Below, one piece after another: positions 1 through 12,872 of a DNA stretch of 64,000 nucleotides. The notes beneath the pieces were generated by a model. It was not told the origin of the DNA. It worked only from the letters and a program-made list of their open reading frames with translations, and did no database searches. Position numbers and translations under genes: made by a program. The DNA is taken from positions 86,800,001-86,864,000 of the forward strand of contig OZ287748.1 in the NCBI GenBank assembly GCA_965649765.1, in the 5' to 3' direction. The first letter of the stretch is position 1. Every line of letters starts with the position of its first letter. The DNA comes from Bispira polyomma. Taxonomy: Eukaryota.

Positions 1-320
1 AGACAGTGAGCACATGGTCATCACACATGGTAAGTCTGAATAATTAGCCTTCACATTTCTAGTCAACACACATGGTAAGTCTGAACACTTGACATTGACA
101 TTTCTAGTCATTTACCAGCACTATAAGACAGTGAGCACATGGTCAACACAATGGCAAGTCTGAACCCTGACCTTTCCAGTACTTCACCAGCTCTATCAGT
201 CAGTAAGCACATGGTCAACATACATAGTAAGGATGAACAATTGACCTTAACCTTTCTAGTCTGTCACCAGCAATATGCGACAGTGAGCACATGGTCAGCA
301 CACATAGTAGGTTTGACGAA
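1..320. repeat. diverged minisatellite, ~76-80 bp unit, in dachshund intron
   Basis: Recurring cagtgagcacatggtcaacacacatggtaagtctgaa...tttctagtc...accagc at about 5, 130, 200 and 281. Confidence 0.75.
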
Positions 321-692
321 TAAGCTGTTATATATTAATCTTAGTAGGTTGATCTATTTTAATGAACTACTTCAGTAGATAGTATGACATATACCTTCTA
401 CAAAAATCACTGTTAATTAAATCATTACATTTATCTTATAGTAGATAGAAAAAGAGTAGTCACCTCTCTGATCTAATTTTTAGTTGCAAGTTACAAAATG
501 CTGCTTACATTTAACTTTTTGTCTTTAGTTAAGGAAACCTTAGTTTCTGGTATAGGTTGACTGTACTTAAACCTTGGAGTCAAACAAATGAAATTATTAA
601 ATGCAAATTAAAGTCTATCCATTGGCCACAAAGATAATCTTGTCATAACATTTGTACAAAAAACTATAGCAATGAACTTTGTTTACTTGTAG

Positions 693-887
693 GTGGCGAC
701 ACCCCCCATTTAGAGCCAGCATCTCTACCTGATAATGACACACTGGAAACCAGCTCGCAGCCTGACGACACTTCCGCTATTCCAGGAAGTGGCTCCATGG
801 TGGCTCTTCTCATCAATGTACAGGGCCTGCTGCGCATGGCGATAGAGTCTGCTAAACATAGAGAGCAGAAGTACAATGCTGAAAGAG
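693..887 (+). CDS. dac: dachshund exon (start of DD2)
   Basis: ttgtag|GT acceptor; open frame GDTPHLEP...LLINVQGLLRMA...AER; donor G|gtacct. Confidence 0.85.
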
Positions 888-3800
888 GTACCTATTGTTT
901 GCACATCAAATTAACTGTCAAAAGAGAAGTCAGTGTTGTTTACTCCATTTTATGGGGGGATGCTTCCAGTTTGTATCTTTTTTATTGTTATTATTCAAAG
1001 TGACTTTACATAAAGTTCGAAGCTGTATGCATCTCCAGTAAGGTGGATCTATTTGAGACAATTTCTTCTCTTCCATGACCCAAATGAACCCATTTTCCTC
1101 GATAAATGTGCTCTCATCATTATTTCAAGTTTACCTGCAACTGGAGAAGTGGGTAGTTTTCAATCAACTGTTTACCGTGGTACTTTGATAGTGAATAGGG
1201 CGATCAACACACTCGTCTCTATTTGTTATTGTAAATGCAATTAGGAAATGAATTAGTGAAATCGATGTTTCCGGAGGGGGAGGGGTGGGGTATCTTTAGT
1301 CTGTTTGCCCAAAACTTGGAGTTAGCAAACACCCAAGATGTCATCTGCCCTCTTCAGAGACTCCCGGTGAGCGTTGGGGGCCTTTCCTCATACAAAGCCG
1401 CCAATATTTAACTAAAAAGGAAAAAAAACCCTTGTTGCTTTTTTTGGTAGTAATATAGTGCATACAAACCATTTACCGAATGCATCAATTTCGTCACGGA
1501 AAAAAAATACCCCGGAATCATCTTTGTTTTTGTACTATAAGGTACATTTTAATGGAGATGAGTAATTTGCCTGGGGTGGAAATGGAAAGGGGAGGGGGGG
1601 GGGGGGGTTTGTCTTACTTCCAATAAACCTTGCTCTACCTAATTCTGTATTCCTTAGTAGATAAGTTGTCAAATAATATAAAAAAAGATACAGGGTTTGT
1701 TTGGAAACAATGCTGAACAAGAGAATAAGGTGTAAACAGTAACAGGTTAAGTGCCATTAATTACTTCAGCTAGGGGGGAGAGGGGGTATTTAAAGGGGGG
1801 GGGGAGTGGGGTGTATTGTTACTGCTTTAAATGGTTGAAGGGTCTCCTCTGGTACAACACTACTATAGTGGTGGTGAGAACCAGACCAGTTGCTGGCTTT
1901 GAAATGTAGTTAATAGAAATTTCTCTCTGCCACACACATGGGAATTTCAGCACTTCATCAAATAGAAGAAAATCAAATAAATATTTTTCCTAGAAAACCT
2001 TGTGTAAGAGAATTTGTACATTTTTGTGGCTCACCTCTTCCCCTCCTCCTTCTCCACATTTTCTACCTGGATTTTTTTTTATGTCTTGTTTGTTCAACTT
2101 GAATACATTAGAACCTATGGTACATATGAAACCTAGTAGACAGTGCCAGCAATAAAAGACAAAAAAACCAAATGAAGCCCAGGGTGGTGCAGAGGGAGAA
2201 ACTAGATATTTAATCAACTATCAAAGCACGTGTAACTGTAATTCAACTGTAAGAAAAATCATTAGTAAAAAAGGGGAACGTTACAACTGCAAGACGTTGT
2301 TTGTTTTAGATATTCCAAAACATCATAAGAATTACAGTTGGCAATAATGAAAAAGAGAAAAAAATTTTGAATAGAAAGAAGGTTGTATTTGAACTTGCAG
2401 TAGGTCTATAGTGTCAGTTACAATTAGTAGGCTTTATAACTAGTTCATATAGTTCATTTGGACAAACCCTGCAACAATTTGAGGACAAGTTCGCCAAGAG
2501 TAGTATAAAATAAAGGAAGTGAGTTTCTTAATGTCATGCAATACTATTTTCAAAAGAACAAATAACTTTACTACGTATAAACATGCATTACATGTTTTAT
2601 GAACTAGATACTACAATTATGCGAGAATACAAAGCTAACTTTAAGTATGAGACCTTTTAATCAAATGGAAGACATATCTTCAACTGGGGTCATCTTAAGC
2701 TATGGTTGTTTGTCTGAGGTTCAGTCAACAACATGATGTTGTGTCTTCATTTAGGGCTGTGGTAAGCTGAGTATTGAAGCTTTAGCCTTAGGCTAATTTA
2801 CCCCCAATAAATACGACTTTTCATCTCAATAATTTACACTGATCATTGCTTGGTCTATTTTCCTCACTGTAGTCCCCTAACGTGTAAACATTTTCCCTCA
2901 GTTCTTTGGAATAATGTAGACCGCCATGTAAGTGTATCCATTGCAACTTATGGATTTATCAACAGTGTACATTTGTTAAAATTTGTTCTGATCACAATAA
3001 ATACCGATCACAACATCTATTGACTTTTATTATTGGGCATTGGGCATTTGTAAGAATAAATATAATCTCTCCTATAAATATTAAAAACAACAGTGTTATT
3101 AAGATTAGAGTAAATATTTTCGATAACCTGTACATTTATAGCATTAACATGTTTTTCACTCTCATTTAAACAATTTTTACCAGTCATCTGACTTTCCTAA
3201 TTAAAATTGCAATAAAGCTGAAAATATGAATCTTTTGCTTAAAATTCTACATTATTACTAATATAACGATTTAAAACCATAAGACCATGTAACTAAGACA
3301 ACAAAAATATGTCTATAAAGTTTTTTTTTCTATTGTTTCTTGTTTACAGCTGAGTTAAGACGTGACATGGTACAGGAAAAAGAACGGCGGGAGAAGATGG
3401 AGCGGCACCTAGACGATACTCAGAAAACTATCGGTAAGTGTTTGGAATTTTCAATAACGTATAACTACCTGGGTCTCCTACCCCATGGCCCAGTGGTTAG
3501 CGAGTTAGTCTGGTGATTAAAAAGGCCGCCAGTTTGATTCCTAGTTGAGGGGGTTGGTTTGATGAGCAGAAGGTCCTGTTTCTTCTGACGCTTATGCATC
3601 AAGGTTGATTGGTGGGATAATATCCTTGGGCAAGATGATCAACTTGCAATTACGTGCTGATGACGACCGGGGCTATATGTTGTAGAACGAGAACCTCAGA
3701 GGATGATATATCAATAGAGAAATAGGGTAATAAAAGGATTATCAATAAAAGCATGACTTAACAAATACAGGGCCATATTCTCCCAAACATCTTAAGACCA

Positions 3801-5096
3801 CATCTCAACTGGGTCCAAAGCTCACATCTAGCCAGAGTAAAGATGGGTGAAATCTGACTGCATATTTCAATTAAGTGCGAAAAGCCCCATTATAATGAAT
3901 GGCTACAAGTATTGGTTATACAGGTACAGCTGAACAGATTTAAGTTAGTCTGAGTTGAGCTTTACATATTTGGACAACATATGAGCCTAGGATTCTACAT
4001 TTAAATTATCCTTGTTATATGCACAACCTTCAAAGAGTATACAATCTACATTTTGTGGTACTAATATATAATATAATTTTTTTTTATATATAATTTACAT
4101 GTCCTTGTGTTATTTTACGTAATTTATTTTCCAATCCTTTTTATTGCAGTTATCTTACAAAAGAAACTTAAGCGTGAAAGGAAACTGCTCCGCCGGATGC
4201 AAGACAGCATAGCCACATCCAGTCATATGACACACAGTCACATGAACCAAAGTCACATGACACAAAGTCACATGACTCCAGTATTCCCTAACCCCACACA
4301 GACTCCCATCTCAGCCCAGTGTGAGCGGTCATACAGCAATGGGATAGAGCACAGCCGTCACCCCAGTAGTGAAGTGTACCACAGAAATGAGAGTTTACAG
4401 GAGGAAGACGACAGTGAAGTACCTAGGAGTGTGGCTAGCGGGGAACTAATGAATGGTGGGTTTTGGGTTTGTTGCGCCTTAGAATTTGTTGTACAAAGAT
4501 TAAGTGCCATAAAAGTACGACTAGATTAGATTAGATTAGATTGGTGAGTGTACAGTTGATAATTCATCAACCAGTTGTAAATTTCAGAAGATCTCAGATT
4601 CCACTATATCAAGCTGATACTTTGGAATTAAAATATGATGACCTTCGAATCAAAGGTGGCCTTTGATGTCTATATAATTGGGTAAATTACCAAGGTCAAA
4701 TGTAGCTATGAGCCAATATAGCCATGGAAAAAGGCATATTTAGGTTTTACATTCATTAAGTCATTGAAGGCCAGCTTTATAGTTTTTTTTTAATGTTAAA
4801 ATTTAGTATAAACAAAGTTTAAAACACTTTTTATATTATATACCCCTTTCTAGAAGTGGAGATGTCACTTCATTACTTTTTTTTTATTCTTTGAGATATC
4901 ACATTACCACAAGGTTCTTAAAATTTAAGTACTAACACATATACATGTAGTTTTTTGATGATTTTTGGGAGTAATCTTGAAAACTGTATGTTGCCACCAG
5001 TTTGTACAGATAAGTATTCATTGTATTTGTTTTTAATGTGTAGGTCACTCATCACCTCTTCAAACAAGTTATCCAGATGATGCGGGTGATGATTGA
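693..5096 (+). CDS. dac: Dachshund homolog (Dac/DACH family), 3' part of gene; exons 693-887, 3350-3433, 4150-4455, 5044-5096; 5' exons lie upstream of the window
   Basis: The GT-AG spliced product reads ...GSMVALLINVQGLLRMAIESAKHREQKYNAER|AELRRDMVQEKERREKMERHLDDTQKTI|VILQKKLKRERKLLRRMQD..., matching the Dachshund DD2/Box-C motif (LLTNIQGLLKVA...ELK...QKRLKKEK). All introns are phase 1 and keep the frame; stop TGA 5094-5096. Confidence 0.88.
3350..3433 (+). CDS. dac: dachshund 84-nt exon (DD2 coiled coil)
   Basis: Polypyrimidine tract + tttacag acceptor; (A)ELRRDMVQEKERREKMERHLDDTQKTI; donor G|gtaagt. Confidence 0.9.
3476..3750 (+). mobile_element. tRNA-derived SINE (family A: tRNA head + CORE-like block)
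   Basis: A-box tggcccagtggttag, B-box gtttgattcc, then ggtgggataatatccttgggcaagatg shared with the copies at 26607-26925 and 55370-55600. Confidence 0.65.
3770..3987. mobile_element. degenerate Harbinger-type MITE
   Basis: Imperfect inverted ends gggccatattctcccaaacatcttaag / ctttacatatttggacaacatatgagcc; related ends occur at ~53312 and ~59330. Confidence 0.4.
4150..4455 (+). CDS. dac: dachshund exon (end of DD2 plus low-complexity tail)
   Basis: ttattgcag acceptor; (V)ILQKKLKRERKLLRRMQD...GELMN; donor G|gtgggt at 4456, with an alternative donor gtgagt at 4544. Confidence 0.85.
4459..4541 (+). mobile_element. 5'-truncated L2/CR1 LINE 3' tail with (TAGAT)n end
   Basis: Near-identical to the 3' end of the LINE at 60041-60113 (reverse strand): ttttgggtttgttg...tacaaagattaag(t/c)gc(c/t)ataa(a/c)agtac(g/a)actagattagatt. 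Flanked by the direct repeat TGGTG. Confidence 0.85.
5044..5096 (+). CDS. dac: dachshund terminal coding exon
   Basis: T-rich tract then gtgtag acceptor; (G)HSSPLQTSYPDDAGDD*; phase fits the 4455 donor. Confidence 0.7.
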
Positions 5097-7580
5097 AGCT
5101 GATTCCACTCACAATGAGGCGCTGTGACCCTGTCTACTCTTATAGATCTTGAATATAGGTGTTATATTTAGTAAATCTATTGTGGCGTTACTGTTGTTCC
5201 TGGACAGTGTTGGGAGATGTTGGCTTCTTGGGCATAGAAAGAAAGAAACAGTGACTGAAAGTGTTTCATATTGTAATATACACATAAACTTTAATAAAGG
5301 ATTAAAGTCTGGAAAAATATGTTTTGTGGAGTTTTAAGTATGGCGAATTATTACAGAGATCACCCCAAATGCACATAATCTTCTATATTAAATGTTGCAG
5401 GCTTTTAATTATGCCCAACACTTGTAAAGAGATCCCTCCTATCCAAGGATCTTGTATTGTAGAGAGTGCTCAGTTCTTCTCTATTTCTGTGTTTTATGTC
5501 ATAATTATATCTGAAGCTAAGAGGGGGTGGTTTCCCAAAGCCTCCAGTCCTTAAGAGAACCGGATCAATGACATACTTAAAGTTTCTGTGTAAAGACATT
5601 TCAATAAAGAACCTTTTCAGTATCAAATGACCTAATGCACACAAAAATAAGTTGCAAGAATATGTCAAATAAATTGTAGTATATTCAGTATATCAAACAA
5701 TTCTTGAGATCAATCGCCATATATGAGTATATTTTGTTGCTGTTGGGTTCTAAATGCCAAGAGATATATAATGACATCAATGACAGTACTGTTACCACCA
5801 TCAGTGGCATGCTGATGTATGTCCTCAAAAGGTAGAATATATCAAATACATGATGGCTGTAAATTGTTAAACCCTAAGTTTGTAAACCCTGGGAACCTTA
5901 ACAAGACTAAAAGTCCTTCATTTTGGCAAACATTGGTGGTAAAACAATGAATCTTGTATAGAGAGAGAGAAACTGCCTCTTTAAAACACTGTAGAGAGGA
6001 AGTTTACACTATAGTAAACTGACTGCTCTGGAAGGTTGTTTGTCAGGTAAGCTGTCAATTTGCTGACACCATTGGTGTTTGTGAGAATTGATGTATTACA
6101 TGAATATATAATGCATGGGAACTAGCAGTAAATAAGACTTCTGCAGCAAATATTTGTCATTTGGGATGTGTAAATTCCCCCCCCCCCCAAAAAAAAAAAA
6201 AAAAACAAGAAAAAAAAGTGGACTCACTTTAAGTATTTATGTGTAATTTTTAAAAAACTTGTAGTTATTTATAGAAAGAGAAGCATATATTTGCTACTTT
6301 GCTTCTCTTTCCTTGGTATATAATTAATTTTTTTGTCCTATTAAGGAGAGTAGTGTTTTTCTTTCATTTGACATTAATTTAGTAAAATGACTTGATGACC
6401 CACTTACTCTAACTTTAAGGTAGTCATAGAATATGGATTCTTGAGAAACCCTTGGCTCTTGTCTATAGAACAGCAGTTGTTCTGATCAAATACACTGGAA
6501 GGGTGTAAGTAAATAGAAATATGGGACTAAACACTTGTTTCCTTTGCTTTGGCTGTTATGTCTTGTTGGTTTGGTCTAATTCAAAATTGCTACATTTATT
6601 GACAGAAATAGATGTTGAATAGGTGTTTAAGTTTTTCTCACTGCTAATTAATGAACTCTTCTCTTTTTAGCGACATTGTGTGACAAAGAACAAGTAAAAG
6701 GTGTAAATGAATGAACATTTCTGTGAGGCCTAATAAAAAACCGGATTGATTTACCTAGAAATCATTCTGTTGTGGATGAATTAAATATTTGCCACCGATG
6801 GACCGGTTCCCAAATTTAGGAAACATAATTGAAGAGTCTGTTTATATTTAGAACTATAAAACCATGATGACTGAAATAGATTCTCTTCACAAAAAAAAAT
6901 AGTTTGATGAATGCATATTTCACAGTTAAATATTATCCCAAACCCATCTTTGTGTGTGTAAATTCTTAGCTATATCGGAAAAAAGGCTTCAAGTTGACCT
7001 CATTCTGTTTTAATCTTTCTTATACCAATTTTGAATATAACTTGTGAATAGTAGAATTACTGTGGAATTGGTAGATTCATTGTATCACTATTGTACTATT
7101 TTTTGTCAATACATCCTTTCATCATTAATAAGCTATGGGGAATATTAGCATATTCCACTACTTATTTTTCATTTCTCATTACTGATTATAGTAGCAATAT
7201 ATTATTTATTTTAATGGTATCTGTAATGTGTGGTTTTTCATTCTTACTCAAATCAGCAAAGGGTTTCAAAAAGCTAATCTGATACCTTGAAGCATGGAGC
7301 TGATTGATTTAGTAAGACAAAAATGGCTGTTGTTAAATACTCATGTGTATCATAATGATCTTTGGGATTAGTTTTAGTTCCTATAGTGTGAACTATATAC
7401 TAATAATGTTTTATTAATTTTTTAATTAGAGCTATTATGGTGAAATGATAGCCAATTGTACAATGTGTATTTATTGGCACTATGTGACTTTAGTATTATA
7501 TATAATATGTATACATATTAATGCATCTTATATTTCTATGTGTATATCATGTAAACAATTGTTAACTTTACATTAAGTTA

Positions 7581-7586
7581 AATAAA
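7581..7586 (+). terminator. candidate polyadenylation signal of dachshund (3'UTR ~5097-7605)
   Basis: AATAAA follows an AU-rich region with TGTA motifs and precedes a T-rich tract (tttttttctttgtc). Earlier AATAAA sites exist near 5600-5670. Confidence 0.45.
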
Positions 7587-8324
7587 TCGTTAGTAAACTT
7601 ACCATCCTGATTTTTTTCTTTGTCTTAAACATACCATTAAAATACTTAAACGTACAGTTCTGGTATAATATTTACGAGCTATATTGTGGATATATATAAT
7701 TTATACATGCATTCATAGATTCCTGGTCACAACACAATGTTCACTGATATATAATACTGAGGAATGCCTTTTGGTTTAGCATTAGGATCTACTGCTTTGA
7801 TGAGGTTTGTAGATGAGACGTAAAATCAAACACTTTATTTGAGTTTTAGGTCACTTTCAACATCTTGGGTTATATCATGAACGCCAGATTTAATGCCTAT
7901 GGCAAGTTACATGGTAAATTTTTCCACCTTAATAACAAATGGGATTCCAACCCACATTGTTGAGAGGCCAGTGATTATGAAGCTAATGCTTGGAAAAAAA
8001 CCAATACACAACCGCAGCCTCAAATTTATTATGAAGAAAACCAGTTGACTATATTAATCTATAATTGAACTGTAAAGTACCTGACATACTTTCTAAAATG
8101 ATGAAAGCATTGAAATTCTCCCCCCCTGTTATCACAGTTGATAGTGGAAAATAGAACCCTTCTTACCACAAGGCCACCTTGTCTCTTCCTGCCACATTGA
8201 AAGTACATTTATTTAGCTTTATTGCCCATTGCATCATATTTATATTATTGTTACTATTAAAAATTGGTATTGATATAACAACTATAGATATAACACATGG
8301 TTTATATTACAGGTATTGGTATGG

Positions 8325-8550
8325 ATGGTCTCGAATGGCCAAGTGGTTATAGAGTTGGTCTGGTGATCACAAGATCCCTGGTTCAACTTCTGGTAGTGGC
8401 ACAATCGTTATTGGGGGTTAACATACTTAGACCAAACGTGAACATATACCATTACCAACAGGTGATGACCAATGCTATATGTTGTAGGACTATCCTGTCC
8501 CTGTCTCGGAGTACAAACACATTAGCAAATAAAATATCAATTCAACACTA
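8325..8550 (+). mobile_element. tRNA-derived SINE (family A, decayed)
   Basis: tggccaagtggttatagagttggtctggtgatcacaagatccctggttcaac head; gatgacc...gctatatgttgtag shared with the 3476 copy. Confidence 0.6.
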
Positions 8551-8819
8551 TATAAAAGCTTCAAATATGTAAAAGCAGAAAATAAAAAAACACGTTTATT
8601 GGCAATACTTCTTATTGTCCTCAAAAGTTTGTTTTCACTGATTCTAAGGTTATTAATTTCAGTTGATTATAAGTTCATTTTGGTGGTATAGATTCAAGTG
8701 CAAAGCATCATTACCACAACACACCAATTCACTTGATATCATTTTTATTAATTTGTTCTATAATCGTATACAAAAAGTAATACCTTGTTAGTATGAAGAA
8801 TTGGTTACAACTGTATCTT

Positions 8820-9200
8820 TCAACAGTGCTCTGCTGCCCGCCTTTCCTTTGGTAACCTTAAAAGGGGAAGAACCTTTCTGTTTCCTCTGTTAAACCTACC
8901 AAGAAGGCTTTATCTAAAGCTTTCTCTATTGTTGCCCCTGTGTTTTGGAATAGTTTCCAAGTTAAGAATATAGATCACTCGAAACACTGGTTTTAGGAAA
9001 AAGCCTCAAACATATCCCTTCAAACTCGACTACCCCCCTTACTTCCTCTTTGTATAGCCCCACATCATTCCGTATGACCTTAGCTAGGGGTTAGGACTTC
9101 TCTATTAGTTAACTGATTCTGTGGTTGTTCTTTAAAAGATGCCTCACATCAAGCTTCCTGGGAGAGTTAATCCATTAGGAGGTTTTCCAGTATTATACAG
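8820..9200 (+). mobile_element. old L2/CR1 LINE ORF2 C-terminal remnant
   Basis: Decayed coding for KAFSIVAPVFWNS...FRKSLK...FKL.YP, typical of the L2 ORF2 C-terminus. Confidence 0.55.
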
Positions 9201-12200
9201 ATACCTAGAATAAGGTGTTTTAAAAATTCAATATACAAGACAATACCACTGTAAAAGGAATTATGTACAAATACATTATTCTATTCAAGGGCAGACTGAT
9301 ACCCTGTACGCACAGGACATTTACCATCTGGCTAATTTCTTCATTGCAAAAGTTACTACATGTATTTCTGTTATATTTTACTAGAAGTAAGTCACAAATA
9401 TTACCAGATTTTCATTTCTTCATACAGAATGTTTATATGCTTAAGGCTCATGTTCAACAGTACTTCATTGTTATTTTATTAGGCTTTTATCTAAATTTGT
9501 ATCTAATCTGTGCTATATACTTCTTACAAAATCACTGCAAAATAACAACAACAAATACTACAATAAAAAGGGCATGATCCATGGATGACCACTTTAAATG
9601 GCGGTCCCAGTGGCAGGCTAAAGATCTATTTGGGATGTTTATAAATGGTCATCCCCAAGCCCCTCTCTCTTCATTAAAGGGAATGGCAGTAACTGAAGCA
9701 GGTGACTATTACAGTCAGGAAAGGGTTAATTAGCACTCTGAGGTCCACATGAAGGCAACGGAGTATAAATAGTAATCCTGACAGTATGTATACAAATAGA
9801 TTTTTGATGTATCTTCACATACACGATAATTGTTTTTAGATGATCCACTAGACCTATATGTGACAAATGGTAGCAGCAACTTAAAGCATTGTTAAGCTTA
9901 TGTAAAATATGATAAAATTATTAGTCGTTTTTCACATTATTTAAATGTTAAAAAGATTGTCCAATTTTTTAAGGAACCCCATAATTTTATTAATTTAGTG
10001 ACAGAAACCCACAAAAGCAAATTGTGACATTTGATCATAGCACCTATATGGACGGTCCATAAAAATATGTCCAAAAGTATTGCAGAATGTTGACGATCAT
10101 GGTCATTTTAGCCAAAATTAATTAACTCTGACACAAATGAGTAAAATATAAATAAAAATTGTAGCACTAATAAATATTACATATTGATAAACTTTTATTG
10201 GCCTAAAAACTATAGTGTATTTTAATATGAGGCGGATAATAAAATAACTGAATATCTATGACTTTTTACAAGGGGGTGATCACTTATACATATAATGTTT
10301 GAAAGAGCTTCCAGGACAATATGTTGGTGACACGTGCATCAAAAGCCCAGGTCACATGGACTGGCTACAATCTAGATTTAACTATGATCACTGTGTATAT
10401 ATATCATAACATCCATGTACGGGTATTAACACGAATGTGCATATACCATTGTATTTTTATTGTAATGTTACATTTTCTTGACTCAAGGTGGCACTATAAT
10501 AACATAAATAGATCTCACTTTTATAGAGTGAATATTAGGTTTAGACAAGTTTCAGACAAATTTATGCACAATATTTACAGCCAAGAAGACTATGTTTATA
10601 TAGATAATATTAAGAACTTATTATGTACATCAGGGATACCAAGTGGTTTGAATTGAAGTCGTGAATATTGACCTTAAAGAGTTACCATATATTTTGTGTG
10701 TTCAAGTTAACTGTTTGTAAATGTTTGTCATTATATGTTCTGTACTGTTTCATTTAATTTAATTATTTTATTTTGCTATCTTATTTTTTCATTTTTTTCA
10801 CATAATTTCGTGTGATATACCATATGAATAAATAAATATATATTTTTTGTTTGGTACTTGGTAAAGATAAAATAAATAAATGTTTAAAGTCATTTTCTTT
10901 CCAACCATATTTAGCAATATTACTAGTTTCCATAAAATGCCAATGACCAATAAAGACTTGTGGCATTCTAAAGCATATCTATCTCACTTGCTATGTAGAA
11001 TGCATTGAAGATATGAAAAGGAAATGGATATGTTGAAGCCCAACTTGGGATTTCGTTAATACTAAGATGTGCTACACAGCCAAACATGATATTTTACTTT
11101 TAACCAAATCTTTGGCCTAAATCTAGATTTTAAATGTTTTAAGAAATTTATATAATTCTATAGATTTCTATTAACGTTTTGATAATAAATTCACATGATG
11201 GTAATTTAATGCAAATTGCTTCCTATTTAATCACAGTTCTAAAGTCTATTGTTGAATGTATATTTCCATTCAGTGAACGTTTTTGATTGTTTTTACTGCT
11301 AAAGTTATATCGCTGAGTATTTATTTTTGTAATTCTCTACTCAACCACTGCCTTAATGTGTTCTATGATTTTTATTATTTTGTCATAAATTATTTCAAGA
11401 CACTTTGATATCATGGGAATTGTTCGGATGTTTAAGTTGAGCTCATAGCCCATGTTAAGATTGGTGAAATCTTACAGCTTCTTTTGTCAGTGGCTGAGAA
11501 AACTGGCTGTTTTGAAGTATCTAATAAAACTCAGACACCAAGAAGAGTCATCCACACATAAGACATGGTCCATCCATCATCCTGAAGGCTCTCATCTTCC
11601 ACATGGTTACCTAGGCAAAAGACATCTCCTTAGTAACTAACCACCAATCAGAAAGTTATTGTATTCAAACGGACTGCTCCGAAAACCAACAGAACTGCTA
11701 TGCTACACACTTCTGTTCTGTCACTGTGGAAATAATCCATCATATTTTTCATTGGTTTCCTAGTCTTCTTAAGGCTTTAGTTATATAAGGTCATTAATTT
11801 AGGACTTTAGAATGTATTTTGTAATACCATGCTGCTTTACAAAGTCTATTCCATGTACTCTGCCAATTAATAGTTTGCTTTATAGGGTTAATAATATGCA
11901 GTGTAACATATATGGTATTTTAACACTTTAAAATAAATTTAACAATGCATTATTTTAGTGGGAAGTTTATGCAAGTTTCCTATTTTAGCAAATATTGGCA
12001 AATAAAAGCGGCGGAAGTTAATGAATCAAGAATCGCAGGTATCCTTAAAAAATACTTGAGTAAACTTTGGACGTCCTTGAGACAGTCCATGGTCAACCAT
12101 TGTTACGGCATGATGGACATTCCTTTTTTAGCCGTTCTTTTCCGCCAATATCTGTCAACCAATTTTCTACTGACTCACAAATGACATCCAAGAGTTTACG

Positions 12201-12317
12201 ATGGTTTTAAACTATTCAGCTCAAAGAATATAGTTTTAAGTGTGACAAGCCAATATTATAGAGATATTGCTTTTTAATGTAATTATGTGATTTTATTTTG
12301 TAAACACAAGACATAAG

Positions 12318-12872
12318 GTGAGCCTTGGTAGTGTGGTGTAGTGACCACTTCTGCTGTTGTGGGTTCAAGTCTTGGTCCTGGCTGTTACTAACAGTGAAAT
12401 TTCAGATGACACCATAATAGAAGGTATTTATTATCGACATGAAGTATTTTGTATTGTATTTTGCATTTTTAACATGCCTTTTCGATGTGAGGCATCCTCT
12501 AACGGGAAACAACAAAATTAAATTACAAATCGAGGTCCTCACTCTTGTACTTTGTTCGACAAATAATGGACAGCCTGCTAGCATAATCGACTCATGCTTG
12601 CATGCTCATCCATAATTCCAATAGTACGCAGGTTTGGACTTTATTTCTACAGAAAAACTAAAGTCTTCTCTATTTTGTTTACACACAAGAATGTAACAAG
12701 TCGTCTCCCATCTCTAAGGACCCAGTTTGTATCCGTTACATGCCGATGGCCATGGCTTTACACTGTAGAATCTTGACTAACTAGTATACACTAGTTTCCT
12801 CCAGCTCTAAAAACAACTGCCCATTGTGATATGACCAATTCAATGTGCTGAAAGCAATGCTAAACCCAAATA
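12318..12872 (+). mobile_element. tRNA-derived SINE (family B) split by an insertion at ~12400-12745
   Basis: Head ggtagtgtggtgtag...gggttcaagtc; tail gtgatatgacc...gctgaaagcaatgctaaacccaaa. Confidence 0.5.

Noticed and set aside
1570-1812. G-rich tracts as a functional G-quadruplex
   Set aside because: Poly-G/poly-C runs are common across the window (6176, 13104, 16311, 16514, 18961), so there is no specific evidence of function.
4107-4529. 140-aa ORF as a stand-alone gene
   Set aside because: It is a dac exon read through intron and LINE sequence.
9263-10656. 104-aa and 111-aa ORFs
   Set aside because: AT-rich, F/I/Y/L-biased translations without motifs or splice support; chance ORFs, like most of the short ORFs in the track.
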